Below are positions 1 to 12,416 of a stretch of 64,000 nucleotides of DNA, piece by piece. Position numbers and translations under genes: made by a program. The notes below the pieces were generated by a model. The model worked only from the letters and a program-made list of their open reading frames with translations. It was not told the origin of the DNA and ran no database searches. The stretch is taken from contig OZ024742.1 of NCBI GenBank assembly GCA_964016885.1, forward strand, positions 24,118,001-24,182,000, in the 5' to 3' direction. This stretch comes from Eledone cirrhosa. Its lineage: Eukaryota. Position 1 is the stretch's first letter, and each line of letters starts with the position of its first letter.

Positions 1-338
1 CAAGGCTTAGTGGTTAGAGCATTGGCCTTGCAATCGAAACGTTGTGAGTTCAATTTGCAGACTGGGTGATGTGTTGGTTCCTTGAACAAGACACTTTATT
101 TCACATTGCTCCAGTTTACTCAGCTGTAGAAATGAGATGATAGGGACTGGGGTCCATATCATTCCACTGCAAAGTGGTCGTAGAGGTGCCACGGCAAAAA
201 AGCACCCAGCACTCACTGTAAAATGAGGTTGGCGTTAGGAAGGGCATCCAGCTGTAGAAATCAAGCCAGCATCAGTTCACATCCCACCCTTGCAAGCAGG
301 GAAAAAGCGGACGTAAAATGAAATGATGATGATGATGT
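1..338 (+). mobile_element. tRNA-derived CORE-type SINE with RTE-like 3' tail (head cut by window edge)
   Basis: A-box GGCTTAGTGG, B-box GAGTTCAAT, CORE-like TTCCTTGAACAAGACACTTTA, tail AGGAAGGGCATCCAGCTGTAGAAA...GGACGTAAAA then (GAT)n; same family at 1374-1723, 40238-40590, 58539-58926. Confidence 0.85.
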
Positions 339-339
339 G

Positions 340-1373
340 ATTTGCGTTAATGTTTGCATTAGCCTTAGCGTTTGCATCAGTGTCAGCATCTACGTCAGCA
401 TCTGCTTTTGTGATAGCAATTGCATCAGTGTTTGCCTTAGCGTCAGTGTCTGCGTTAGCGTTTGCGTCAGTGTCTTCGTTAGTGTTTGTATCAGTGTCTG
501 AGTTACCGTTTGTGTCAGTGTCTTCGTTAGTATTTGCGACAACATTTCCCTTTAGCGTCTGTGTCAGCGTTTGCATCAGCATATACGTCTGCCTCAGCAT
601 TTGCACCAGCGTTAGCATTAGCTTTTGCGTTAGCATGTGCGTCAGCGTTTGCATTAGCTCAGCGGTGCCGTCAACCTTTCCGTTGGCGTCCGCGTCTGGG
701 AAGCCTAAACAACATCAGCGTTTGCCTTTGCCTCAGCATTTGCGTCAGCGTAAACTTTGGCGGCATGCCCGCGTCAGCATTTGCCTTAAAATCAGTGTTT
801 ACATCAGTGTCGGCGGTTATGTCTCTCTGTCTCAGCATTTGCGTTAGCGTTTGCATTAGCGTCCGCATCGGCATTGCGTTGGATATCGGCTTCGGTGTCG
901 GGGTAAACGCTGGCGGTGCTATCAGCGTCTGCGTTAGCGTCTGCCTTAGCGTCTGCATAAGCTATTGCGATAGCATCAGCGTCAAAGTTTACGTCTGCGT
1001 TAAGGATCGTGTTAGTATCGCTGTCATCATCTGCGTTATCGTCTACGTCAGCATTTGTGTTTGTATCTGCATTTGCGCCAGCGTTAGCATTTGCATTAGC
1101 GTCTGTGTCAGCATTAGTATTTGTGTTTATGTCAGCATTAGGGTTCATGTTAGCGTTTGCGTTACCGTCTGCGTCAGTTTTAGAGTCTGCATCAGTGTTT
1201 GCATCAGAGTTAGCAATTGTGTTAGCATCCTCGTCAGCATTTGTGTTAGTGTCAGCGTTTGTGTTTGCGTTAGCATCTGTGTCAGCGTCTACGTCAGCAT
1301 TCGCGTTTGGGGCCTGCGTCAATATTCACATTAGCATTTGCGTCAGCATTTGTGTTAGCAATTGTGTCAGCGT
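340..1373. repeat. Degenerate hexamer array (GCGTTA/GCATTA/GTGTCA)
   Basis: 6-nt periodicity; gives spurious ADANAN/VSIC ORFs in several frames. Confidence 0.85.
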
Positions 1374-1723
1374 TTCATTCATTCATTTCATTCATTGCAT
1401 TTTACGTCCGCTTTTCCCTGCTTGCAAGGGTGGGACGGGAACTGATTCTGGCTTGATTTCTACAGCTGGATGCCCTTCCTAACACCAACCTCATTTACAG
1501 TGAGTGCTGGGTGTTTTTTTGCCGTGGCACCTCCACGACCACTTTGCAGTGGAATGATAGGGACCCCAGTCCTTATCATCTCATTTATACAGCTGAGTAA
1601 ACTGGAGCAATGTGAAATAAAGTGTCTTGCTCAAGGAAACAACACATCACCCGGTCTGAGAATTGAACTCACAATCTTTCGATTGCAAGGCCAAAGCTCT
1701 AACCACTAAGTCATGTGCCTCCA
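1374..1723 (-). mobile_element. tRNA-derived CORE-type SINE, full length
   Basis: Reverse complement of the 1-338 SINE, from head GGAGGCACATGACTTAGTGG to tail GGACGTAAAATG. Confidence 0.85.
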
Positions 1724-3430
1724 TGCGTTAGCATAATCGTTTGCGTCAGTGTAGGCATCTGCGTCAGTGTCAGCATTGAGGTCTCTGTTAGTGTTAGAGG
1801 GTTTTAGTGTTTGTCTTTGTGTCTATGTGTTTGTGTTATTGAGTGTTTGAGTTATTGAGTGTTTGTTTTAGTGAGTGTTTGTGTTAGTGTTCAGGTTATT
1901 ATGAGTGTTAGTGTTAAGGTCAGTGTTAGTGTTTCCATTAGTGTTTGATTTTGTGTTAGTGTTAGTATTTCCATTAGTGTTAGTGATTGTGTTAGTGTTA
2001 GTCTTTTTTATTTGGTGTTAATGTTAGCATTAGTGTACAGGTTAATGTTAGCTTAGTCTTCTGGTTAGTGTTCATGTTAGTGTTAGTTTTAGTATTACTG
2101 TTCAGGTTAATGTTACTTTTTGTATTAGTGTTCAGATTAGTGTTAGTGTTTATGGTAGTGTTAGTTTTAGTGTTAGTATTCAGGTTAATGTTAGTGTTAA
2201 TGTTAGTTTTAGTGTTAGTGTCCGTGTTAGTGTTAGTTTTCAGGTTAGCGTTCATGTTACTTTTAGAGTTAAATTTCAGGTTAATGTTAGTGTTAATATT
2301 AGTTTGAGTGTTAATGTTAGTTTTTGTGTTAGTGTTTGTGTTAGTATTTCTGTTAATTTTAGCGTTAGTGTTTGTGATAGTGTTCAGGTTAATGTTAGCT
2401 TACTTTTCTGGTTAGTGTTAGTTTTTGTATTGCTGTTCAGGTTAATGTTAGTGTTACTTTTTGTATTAGTGCTCAGGTTAGTGTTAGTGTTTGTGTTAGT
2501 TTTAGTGTTAGTGTTAGTTTTCTAGTTAGTGTCAGTGTTCAGGTTAATGTTAGGGTTAATGTTAGTGTTAGTGTTAGTGTTCAGGTTAGTGTTAGTGTTT
2601 ACCTTTAGTATTAGATTTCAGGTTAATGGTAGTTTTAGTGTTAGTGATCGTGTTAGTATTAGTGCTTCTGTGTTAGTGTTTGCGTTAGTAATTCTGTTAA
2701 TGTTAGCGTTAGTGTTTGTGATAGTGTTCAGGTTAATGTTAGCTTAGTTTTCTGGTTAGTGTTAGTTTTAGTATTACTGTTCAGGTTAATATTAGTGTTA
2801 CTTTTTGTATTAGTGCTCAGGTTAGTGTTTGTGTTAGTGTTTACGGTAGTGTTAGTTTTCTAGTTAGTGTTAGTGTTCAGGTTAATGTTAGGGTTAACGT
2901 TAGTTTTAGTGTTAATTTTCAGATTAGTGTTAGTGTTTGTGTTAATGGTAGTGTTAGATTTAGTGTTAGTGTTCTGGTTAGTGTTAGTTTTCTAGTTAGT
3001 GTTAGTGTTCAGGTTAATGTTAGTGTTAATTTTAGTTTTAGTGTTAGTTTTCAAGTTAGTGTTTGTGTTACTTTTAGTGTTAGTGTGTACTTTTAGCATT
3101 AGTATTCAGATTAATGTTAGTGTTAGTGTTCAGGTTAGTGTTTGTGTTAGCATTAGTGTTTGTTTTTGTGTTAATTTTAGTGTTAGTGTTTGTGTTAGCG
3201 TTAGTGTTTTGTGTTCAGGTTAATGTTAACTTAGTTTTCTGGTTATGTTAGTTTTAGTGTTAGTGTTCAGCTTAATGTTAGGATTAATGTTAGTTTTAGT
3301 GATAGTGTTTAGGTTAGTGTTAGTATTCAGGTTAGTGTTAGTTATCAGGTTAGTGTTAGTTATCAGATTAGTGTTAGTGTTTACCATTAGTGTTAGTGTT
3401 TACTTCTAGTGTTAGAATTCAGGTTAAAGT
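1724..3430. repeat. (GTTAGT)n degenerate hexamer array with TCAGGTTAAT variants
   Basis: Visible 6-nt periodicity; VLVLV/TNTNT pseudo-ORFs. Confidence 0.9.
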
Positions 3431-3630
3431 GGTGTGTTATATTGTGGTATAGTAGAGTGTTTCATAGTGTGGTGTGGTGTCATATAGTGTTTCGTAGTGT
3501 GGTGTGGTGTCATATAGTGTAGTATGGTCTATTGTTTCATAGCGTTTTGTGATGTGAAGTCGTACAGTGTTTCATAGTGTGGTGTGGTGTAGTATGGTAT
3601 GGTATAGCATGGGGTGGTGTGGCATAGTTT
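3430..3630. repeat. (GTGTG/GTAGT)n pentamer repeat; similar tracts at 6070-6320 and 7344-7670
   Basis: 5-nt periodicity. Confidence 0.8.
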
Positions 3631-4469
3631 GATTATAATAATACAAATAATAATAACAATAACAATAGTAGTAATAATTGTCTTTGTTCATCTTCATTAT
3701 CTTCTTCTGCGCTTTTCTCTTCTTCTGTACTTTTGTCTTCTTCTGTGCCTTTGTCTTCTCTTCCATCTAAATACCAATAACAAAAAATGTAAAACATATA
3801 TGTTGCCTATTTCTTGGATTTTACGAAGTGCTGAGGAGATAAAGTTAATTTAAAGAGCAGTGTGCTCATGCCCTGTAATCCTATAAAGTAGTTTATAAGC
3901 TATTTCATAACTAAAAAAACAATGTCAAACATCAACAAAATATACACAAATATATTTGAATGTTAAGTTCACTGTTAACATGAATAAAAACAGTCATAAT
4001 GTATTTATAGTTACAATGCTCGTCTTTTACTGATATCAGACAATGAACTGTGACCATGCTGGAGTCTCGCATATATGAGTTTTAGTTGAAAGTGACTAAC
4101 TGACTGTTGAGGGACGGATGTGTGTTTTCCTTGCTCAGCTAAGGTGACAATGACTAACATACTGCTGAAAGCCATATGTGTGTTTCCACTGCTCAGCTAA
4201 GGTGACACTGTCTAAAATACAGTTGGGGTCGAAAGGTATTTTCATTGCTCAGATATCTATCAATTCCCAACACAGTCTCATAATGCTACATCATAACACA
4301 ACCTTACAATGCAACCTCACAACACAACTTCCCAATATAACCTCACAATGCAACCCCACAACACAGCCTCACAACATCCCATCACTTTCTAACTTCACAA
4401 CACTCTCAACAAGGCATTCGTTATCTAGGATTTACACTAGAAGACACTTGCCTAAGACACTACCACATA

Positions 4470-4950
4470 GTGATGTAAAACACACCCAGTACACTCTGTA
4501 AAGTGGTTGATGGTACCATGATAAAATACCCTATGTAAAGTGGTTGGTAATTGAATGGAAACTATATGGTGCAGAGAAAACTCTTCAGTTTGGCCAGATA
4601 TTCGACAGCTCTTGTGCTGGTGCCATGATAAACTGCACCTAATACATTCTGTAAAGTGGTTGGCAATTAAATAGAGACAATATGATGTAGAGAGGACAAA
4701 CTCTCTTGTGCACGTGTCACAATAAAATGCATCCTGTACATTTTTGTAAGTTGGTAGTACTGGTATCATGATAAATTGCACGTTGTACACTCTGTGAGGG
4801 TACTAGGAAGGGCATCCAGCTATTGAAACCATGCTAAACATGGAATACATATGCAAGTTAAGCCCCCCAACCCATCTAGTCATTGGCTATGAAAACTCAT
4901 CTGACTGATATTAGCATGGCAGGTAGACATGATATGATGACAATGATGAT
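4470..4950 (+). mobile_element. Degenerate RTE-tail/SINE with several ACACTCTGTAAAGTGGTT subrepeats
   Basis: Repeated CTCTGTAAAGTGGTTG, then TAGGAAGGGCATCCAGCT and a (GAT)-rich tail. Confidence 0.55.
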
Positions 4951-5199
4951 CAGACAGACATTCCAGTGCTTTACTAAGTGTACTGGCAACATTTTAATGT
5001 GACACTAGCACTAGGAATGTTGTCATGTCTATGACACAACTGAAGTGTCCTCCCTGCTCTTTGTTTGGCATGGTTGGCAGGACTCTTTAGTTGTATCAAG
5101 TACATGACAACCTCCCTGGCAGTGGCAACACGATAAAATGTACCCAGTACACACTGTAAAGTGCTGAAATCTATGTAAGCAAGTTGCAGGTCCCCGGCT

Positions 5200-5970
5200 C
5201 ATATGAGTAGTCAGTTAAGACTGAACTAAGATCATATCTATGGATCATTAGGTTAAGATTGAACTGAAATCATACTTTCGTCGTCATCACCGTCTACATT
5301 GTCTTTGACTTCTTCGCTTCATTGTCTTCTTCATTTTTCTTGCCTTGTGGGGGGAAGACATCATTACATTAATGTTAACAATACACATGCAGCATCCACA
5401 TGTGATGAGGAGGGGGAGACAGTGTTCAACTAATTTTAACATTAGATGTAGCATCCATCTAAAGGTCATTAAGTTAAGACAGAGGTGTAATATCCATAGG
5501 TCACTAAGTTAAGTCAGCGGTGTAATCATATCTATAAGTCACTAATATAAGACAGGTGTAGCCACATCTATATGTCATTAGTTTAAAACCGCACTGAGAG
5601 CATATCTATATGTCATTAATTTAAGACTGAACTGAAATTATATCTTTATGTCATTAATGTAAAACTGAATTGAGGTCATTAATTTAAGACTGAGATGGAT
5701 TGGCAGTATCGGTAGAGGGTCGGACGCCATGCTTTCCAGCATAGTTACGTCCCTTTACGATCTGAGTTCAAATCCCGCCGAGGTTGACTTTGCCTTACAT
5801 CCTTACGGGGTCGATAAAATAAAGTACCAGTAATGCACTGGGTAATTGCTGGCCTTGTGCCTAAAGTAGAAACAATTAATTTAAGACTGAGGTGTAATCA
5901 TATATAGAGGTTAAGACTAGGTGTAATCATATCAAGAGGTCAATTTAAAACTACACTGAGATCATGCCTT
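5200..5970. repeat. Degenerate ~37-bp minisatellite (TAAGACTGAGGTGTAATCATATCTATAGGTCATT), interrupted
   Basis: Recurring TTAAGAC...ATCATATCTA units. Confidence 0.6.
5694..5878 (+). mobile_element. Nin-domain (Deu/Nin-type) tRNA SINE
   Basis: B-box GAGTTCAAATCC followed by GCCGAGGTTGACTTTGCCTTACATCCTTACGGGGTCGATAAAATAAAGTACCAG. Confidence 0.75.
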
Positions 5971-6000
5971 AAAATGATGGTCAATGAACTGCTTACTTAC

Positions 6001-6047
6001 TCAGATCCATTGAAATAACTTTCTTTCTCTTACTGTAACTGGTATAC
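6001..6047 (-). other. Candidate 47-bp host exon
   Basis: Acceptor ttctattttgcag, donor gtaagtaag; one open frame YTSYSKRKKVISMDL. Confidence 0.4.
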
Positions 6048-6327
6048 CTGCAAAATAGAAAACAGCAGTAGTAGAGTGGACAGTGGTATGGTGTAGTGTA
6101 GTGTAGGGTGGTGCAGTGTATTGTAGTGCGGTGTAGTGTATTGTAGTGTGAGGCAGTGTTATGTAGAGTGGTGTAATATACTGTAGTGTAGTTTCATATG
6201 ATGCAGTGTGATACAGTTGGTGTGGTGTGGTCTTCTTCTTCTGTGTGGTGTGGTATAATTGGTGTATATAGTGTGGTACAGTTCATGTGATGTCATGTGA
6301 TACAGTTGGTGTGGTGTTGTGTGTTAC

Positions 6328-7341
6328 AAGAAATTTTAATCTCTTTTTTTATGTGCTATCAACTATCCGACCTCCAAGATGCTTGAAACCAATTGTTTCC
6401 TCCAAGAGAACGGAGGAGGTGAGGTGGTTTTTCCTTCCCCTGGATTACCTCGGCGTACTTGAAATTTCCTCTACGACTTTATTTTCATACGTTATCAATG
6501 AATATGACTTCCAAACCAGTCAAAAACAACTAGCTTTGGAGTAAAAGGAGAGGGAAGGGGGATGAGTTTCGAAGATCTACACCCACTCATGTGTCGTTGG
6601 ACATAATTATTTTCGGTATTTTTCCTATATTATCAACTAATCTGACCTCCTAGATGCTTGCAATCAACTTATTTTCCCGGGTATTGATTTGGGGGTAATG
6701 TTTAGGGTTTAGTTTTAGGGTTGGTTTAAGTTTTAGGGTTTAGTTTTAGGGTTTAGTTTTAGGGTTGGTTTAAGGTTTATGTTTAGGGTTGGGGTGATGT
6801 TTAGGATTTAGTTTTAGGGTTGGTTTAAGGTTTATGTTTAGGGTTGGGGTAATGTTTAGGGTTTAGTTTTAGGGTTGGTTTATGGTTTAGTTTTAGGGTT
6901 TAATTTTAGGGTTGGTTTAAGGTTTAATTTTAGGGTTGGGATTAAATTTAATTTTAAGTTTAATTTAGGTTTAGATTTGCATTAAGTTTTCCGAATCCCA
7001 AGAAAGAAAATTGAATCAGAGCAACTTAGAGTTGAGATTAGTTGATAGCACACAAAGGAAAACCAAAGAAAAATCATTAGAGTGTATATCTACAAAATGA
7101 CAATGGTCTATCCACCCCCTTCAAACACTCCTTTTTCTAGAACAACTAATCATTTCCAACTGGTTTGTAGGTCATATTTGTTGACAACATACAAAAACAA
7201 TCATAGAGAAAACTCTGGGTGGGGTTGAACGAGAGAGGTGCACCAACCCCAGCTGTTTGCCAGGAAGAGAAAGTTGATAGCAAGCATCTTGGAGTTCAGA
7301 TTAGTTGGGAGCACACAAAAAAAAGAGAGGAAAATTTTGGG
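6328..7341. mobile_element. Non-autonomous element with two pairs of inverted repeats around a telomere-like TTAGGG/TTTTAGGG core
   Basis: GTGCTATCAACTATCCGACCTCCAAGATGCTTG (~6353, variant ~6632) is inverted at ~7020-7055 and ~7280-7320; G-rich core at 6690-6945. Confidence 0.6.
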
Positions 7342-7951
7342 TGCTATGTGGTATAGTGTGTTGTGCTGTGATGTGGTGTGGTGTGGTGTGGTGTTGTGAA
7401 GTGTGGTGTAATGTAGTATGGTATAGTGTGTTGTGCTGGGCTGTGGTGTAGTGAAGTGTGATGTGATGTAGTGTGGTATAGTGTGTTGCGCTGTGGTGTG
7501 ATGTAGTGTGGTATACTGAAGTGTGGTGTGATGTGTGGTATAGTGTATTGTGATGTGGTGTGGTGTGTTGCTGTGTGGTGAGGTGTAGTGCAGTGAGGTG
7601 TGGTGCGGTGAGGTGAGGTGTGGTGGGGTGCGGTGCAGTGACGTGAGGTGCAGTGAGGTGTGGTGTGGTTCTTCATCTTTCTCTTCCTCGTCTTCGTCTA
7701 TTTATTCACCTTCTTCCTTGTCGTCGTCTTCATCTTCATCTTCATTTATAAAACCATATTTATTTCGTTATATATATTTCAGGGATAACATATTAACAAT
7801 ATGCTATGCCTTCCTCAGACAAAATACAATATAAACAGTTTTATAGATAAATAGATTCGACATACCGTAACAACATCGACTTGTATTTGAAAAGGTTGAT
7901 TTGATTTGTTTAATATTGTATATATATATATATATAGTTTTAATATAGATG

Positions 7952-8002
7952 AGATTCTACAGGACTAGAACTGTTTCATTCATTAGAAATCATCAGGAAT
8001 CT
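7952..8002 (-). ncRNA. Type I hammerhead ribozyme (PLE-A 3' end)
   Basis: agattc-CTGATGA-tttctaatgaat-GAAA-cag(ttctagtc)ctg-TA-gaatct. Confidence 0.8.
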
Positions 8003-8479
8003 GGGTATCAAAAAATAAAAATGGTATTTATAGGTCTCTACAAGTGGTAGGAGAGGGTGGGGAGTGGGATGGGTGCAGGTCATTGGTTGATAGAAAAGGG
8101 AATTCACTAAAAGCTAATTCTACAAAGCTATAGTTTATTTTTATTTATTTATGTTTTTAGAGTAACAAGGGCAGACAGAATTCTATAAACAGGTTCCGGA
8201 TGGCATACCATTCCTTGTCATTAAGTTTCTCTTAAGCTAACAGATGTCTATAAAATCAGTGGGGGGTCAGTCATGGTCGATAGAATTGAAGAAAAGGGAG
8301 ATTCTTTAAAAGCTAAAATCATTAAGGTTCTACTAAGTGACAAAGGTCTAGAGAATTCCGTAGACAGATTCAAAATACTGAGTGCATATCTTACAATTAT
8401 CTTCGAACTTCTCTTAAACTAATCAACTGTATGCCAAAAATCAACAGACACATTCACAAAAAAACAAAAAAACATACTC

Positions 8480-8593
8480 ACTCACACACTTACGCGCAAC
8501 CATAAACACACACACAAACACATATACACACATAAAAACACACACACATATATAAAAATATATTCATATACATACATATACATACACACATAC

Positions 8594-8646
<53 letters not shown>

Positions 8647-8771
8647 CACACACACACCTATATACATACACACACACATACACATATACACACACACACA
8701 CACATATATACACATATAAATACACTCACACACATACATACATACACATATATATACACACACATACGTAT

Positions 8772-8808
<37 letters not shown>

Positions 8809-8977
8809 TACATACACACACATATATATATATATATAAAAAAAAACCCACATACACACACATATATACATATACACACATACATACACACAAACACACA
8901 CACACACATATATATACATATACATATATATATATATATACATTCATATATATAACCATATACATATATACATATAT

Positions 8978-9008
<31 letters not shown>

Positions 9009-9059
9009 AATACACATAAACAAATATATACACATACAAACACACACACACACATACAT

Positions 9060-9116
<57 letters not shown>

Positions 9117-9183
9117 TATACACATATATAAGGAAAAAGCACCATACATACATATATATATATATATATACATATATATACAT

Positions 9184-9253
<70 letters not shown>

Positions 9254-9286
9254 CCATATATATTATATATACACATATATATACAC

Positions 9287-9327
<41 letters not shown>

Positions 9328-9400
9328 TATATATACACATAAATATATACATATATATATAAATATACACACACATACATACATACACACACACATATAT

Positions 9401-9449
<49 letters not shown>

Positions 9450-9469
9450 TACACATGCATATGTATAAA

Positions 9470-9510
<41 letters not shown>

Positions 9511-9694
9511 ATATATATACAAACATACACATACATACACAGACCTATACATAAATATACACATATATATACAGACATATAACGCATATATACACACATA
9601 TATACATATATATATATATACATATATATATACACACACGCATACACACATACACACACACACACACAAATATATATACACACTCTCTCTCACG

Positions 9695-9736
<42 letters not shown>

Positions 9737-9814
9737 TACATATATACATATACACATTTACACATATATATATATACACACACACATACACATCCATATA
9801 TATATACATATACA

Positions 9815-9894
<80 letters not shown>

Positions 9895-9941
9895 CACACA
9901 AATACACACACACATATATATATATACACACCTGCCCACAC

Positions 9942-9991
<50 letters not shown>

Positions 9992-10013
9992 GCGCGCACA
10001 CACATACACACAT

Positions 10014-10080
<67 letters not shown>

Positions 10081-10270
10081 CACATACATATACATACACA
10101 TACATACATACATACATACATACACATATATACACATATATATATATATACATATATATACACATATATACATACATATACATACATAAATATACACACA
10201 TAAAACACATATACACACAAACATATATATATATACACATACACATACATATACACACATACAAACAAAT
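8480..10270. repeat. Compound (TA)n/(CA)n/(TACA)n microsatellite inside the PLE-A 3' region
   Basis: Direct inspection. Confidence 0.95.
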
Positions 10271-10461
10271 ATATACACATACAAATAAATAGGTACTCAA
10301 TAAATATACGCATATACGCAGGCACATAAAGACACCTCTGCAGGCAGAAAATGTAGATACGAAAGAGGTACTCACATAACCATAGTGGCCGTATTTCAGG
10401 TTGAGGAGTGGTGGGGGTAGGGTGGGGAGGAGGTATAGGGGTCAATAGGGGGAGGTCGTTT

Positions 10462-11566
10462 TTAGCCATCGGGCTTTAACACTGGCTTAAAGTGTTTGAA
10501 AGTTGCAAAGTTCTTGTGCATGCAGTTCGGGCAGTGTTCAGAGAGTTTGTTCAGTAGCGGGCCCTTGGCGAATAAAATTTCGTAGCTCTCTGAAATACAA
10601 AGGTCGCAGCCCTTGTGTCCTCCGTTGTAAGAGCGCGCTTTCTGGAGTATTTTCCATTTAAGCGTGAAGGGGGTGGAGTTCCTTTTGAGGTCCCAAACGT
10701 AGGAGGCGAGTGTTGTCTGATTTGATTTATCCGGTCTTATGAAGGAGTGGGTATGGGCATACCAACGGGTCTTAAAGTTGTTGGAGGTCATGCCGATGTA
10801 AGTTTTTTTGCAATCCTCGGTGCTTGAGATGACATCGCATTTGTATACGATGTCATTTGTGAGGCATTTGTTTTCAAGTGGGCATGCTTCCTTATTTAGG
10901 CAATTACATAGAGCCCCAGTCCGGGGATTGGTTTCGGAGGTGGTTGGCTTATTTAATTTAAAATTGTGGTTGGCTATATTCCTAGCTAGGTTAGGTGTGG
11001 TGGAGTAAGACAGTCTTATAGTGTTCTTATTAAAGATGGTGTAGTACCTATGTTGTATGGGGAAGTGTAATTTCAGTAAAGTGAAGAAAATCCTAGCTAT
11101 CGGAGTAGATACCTCTCTATTGAAGGGAGGGTTGTACCAGCTAATCTGCCTATGTCTATTCCTCCTCTGCATCTTGCGGTGGTTTCTAGGTAAGTTATCT
11201 TATCTTTAAATCCGCTACGGGCGAGGGCGTCATTGTAGTAGGAGGCAGATGCATTAAAAATATCTTTGTTGGCGGAGAGGCCAGATATTCTAATAGAGAC
11301 GCTTTTTACTAGGTTATCAGTGATGTTTTGGGGGTGGTTTGAATTAACATTAATATATTTAAGGGACTCGTTAGGTTTGTGGTACGGGTAATAGAGGGAA
11401 GTATCTAGGTCGAGAGTGACATCTAAGAAGTTGGCCCTAGTCAAATTAGAATATATAGTTATACTAAATCCTAGATTAGAGAAGAAAGAGCTTAAGTTTT
11501 TCCGAAACCCATCGGTGGTTCTGGGGTTAACCTTATGCAGGGCGAAGAGGCCGTCGTCTCGGTATA
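10462..11566 (-). pseudogene. PLE RT/GIY-YIG endonuclease, frameshifted near 11170
   Basis: YRDDGL, FLDVTLDL, YINVNSNHP, WYNPPF, IVYKC...TYIGMT...FKTRWYAH, CDLCISE. Confidence 0.9.
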
Positions 11567-11581
11567 TATTTTTTGATACCC

Positions 11582-11632
11582 AGATTCCTGATGATTTCTA
11601 ATGAATGAAACAGTTCTAGTCCTGTAGAATCT
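11582..11632 (+). ncRNA. Type I hammerhead ribozyme (inverted pLTR copy)
   Basis: Stem I agattc/gaatct, core CTGATGA 11588-11594, GAAA 11607-11610, stem III acag/ctgt, GUA cleavage after 11626. Confidence 0.8.
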
Positions 11633-11989
11633 CATCTATATTAAAACTTTTATACTCTGCTATGTATTGAGTACCTTACTTACTGTGGTTACCTCCGATT
11701 CAACCCGGAATAACGTATATATATATATATATATATATGAAAACAGGGAGAAAGAGACGATTATTAAGAAGAAAAATATATTTTTCTTCTTTTTTGTTTC
11801 TCTTTTTGTTTTCTGGGTTAGAAAATGATTAAAACGAAATGTTTTACTTTATGTGAAGTGTTAAGGTATTAGTTGAATTATTTATTATTTAACAATGGCA
11901 TTTATTTATATATACATACATATATATATATATATACATACATACATTTATATATATATACATACATATATATTTATATATATATATAA

Positions 11990-12359
11990 TGAAAAATTGA
12001 ACGGGAACAAAACAGAGAGGCAGTACAACAAATGTTTATTAATTTCACGCTTTTGAGAGTGGGGTGGTGGAGGGGAACGACGTTTCGGGCATAAGCCCTT
12101 CTTCAGGTGAAAAGTGTGTGGGAAGAGAGTTCAAAGGGTGTGTAGGGGAGTGGTGGAGAGACATATAGCAAAAAGGGGGGTGAGAGGAAACGGTGCAAAT
12201 GAAATTAAAAATAAAGGCATGATCAAAATAAAATTAAAATGGGATAAAACAGGTGGTGGAAGGATGTGGGGCGTGTAGGGGTGGTGGTGGGTGGAGTGGG
12301 GAGAGGGAGACGGGGTGTCCGAGCGGGGAGGGATGAAGGTGGTGTGTGTGTGTAGGTGT

Positions 12360-12416
<57 letters not shown>

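Larger units (their letters stand above)
7936..11715 (-). mobile_element. Penelope-like element (PLE-A), 5'-truncated, with inverted pLTR fragment
   Basis: RT C-terminus plus GIY-YIG domain on minus strand; 82-bp perfect inverted repeat 7936-8017/11567-11648; flanked by (TA)n. Confidence 0.85.

Noticed and set aside
277-1482. Ala/Asp/Asn-rich ORFs resembling an antifreeze or adhesin protein
   Set aside because: Open in many frames on both strands because of a hexamer repeat; bounded by SINEs
1860-3430. True telomere array
   Set aside because: Unit is TTAGTG, degenerate and internal
8482-10469. Long YIYI/VCVC ORFs here and at 21-33 kb and 37-39 kb
   Set aside because: Translations of TA/CA/TACA microsatellites
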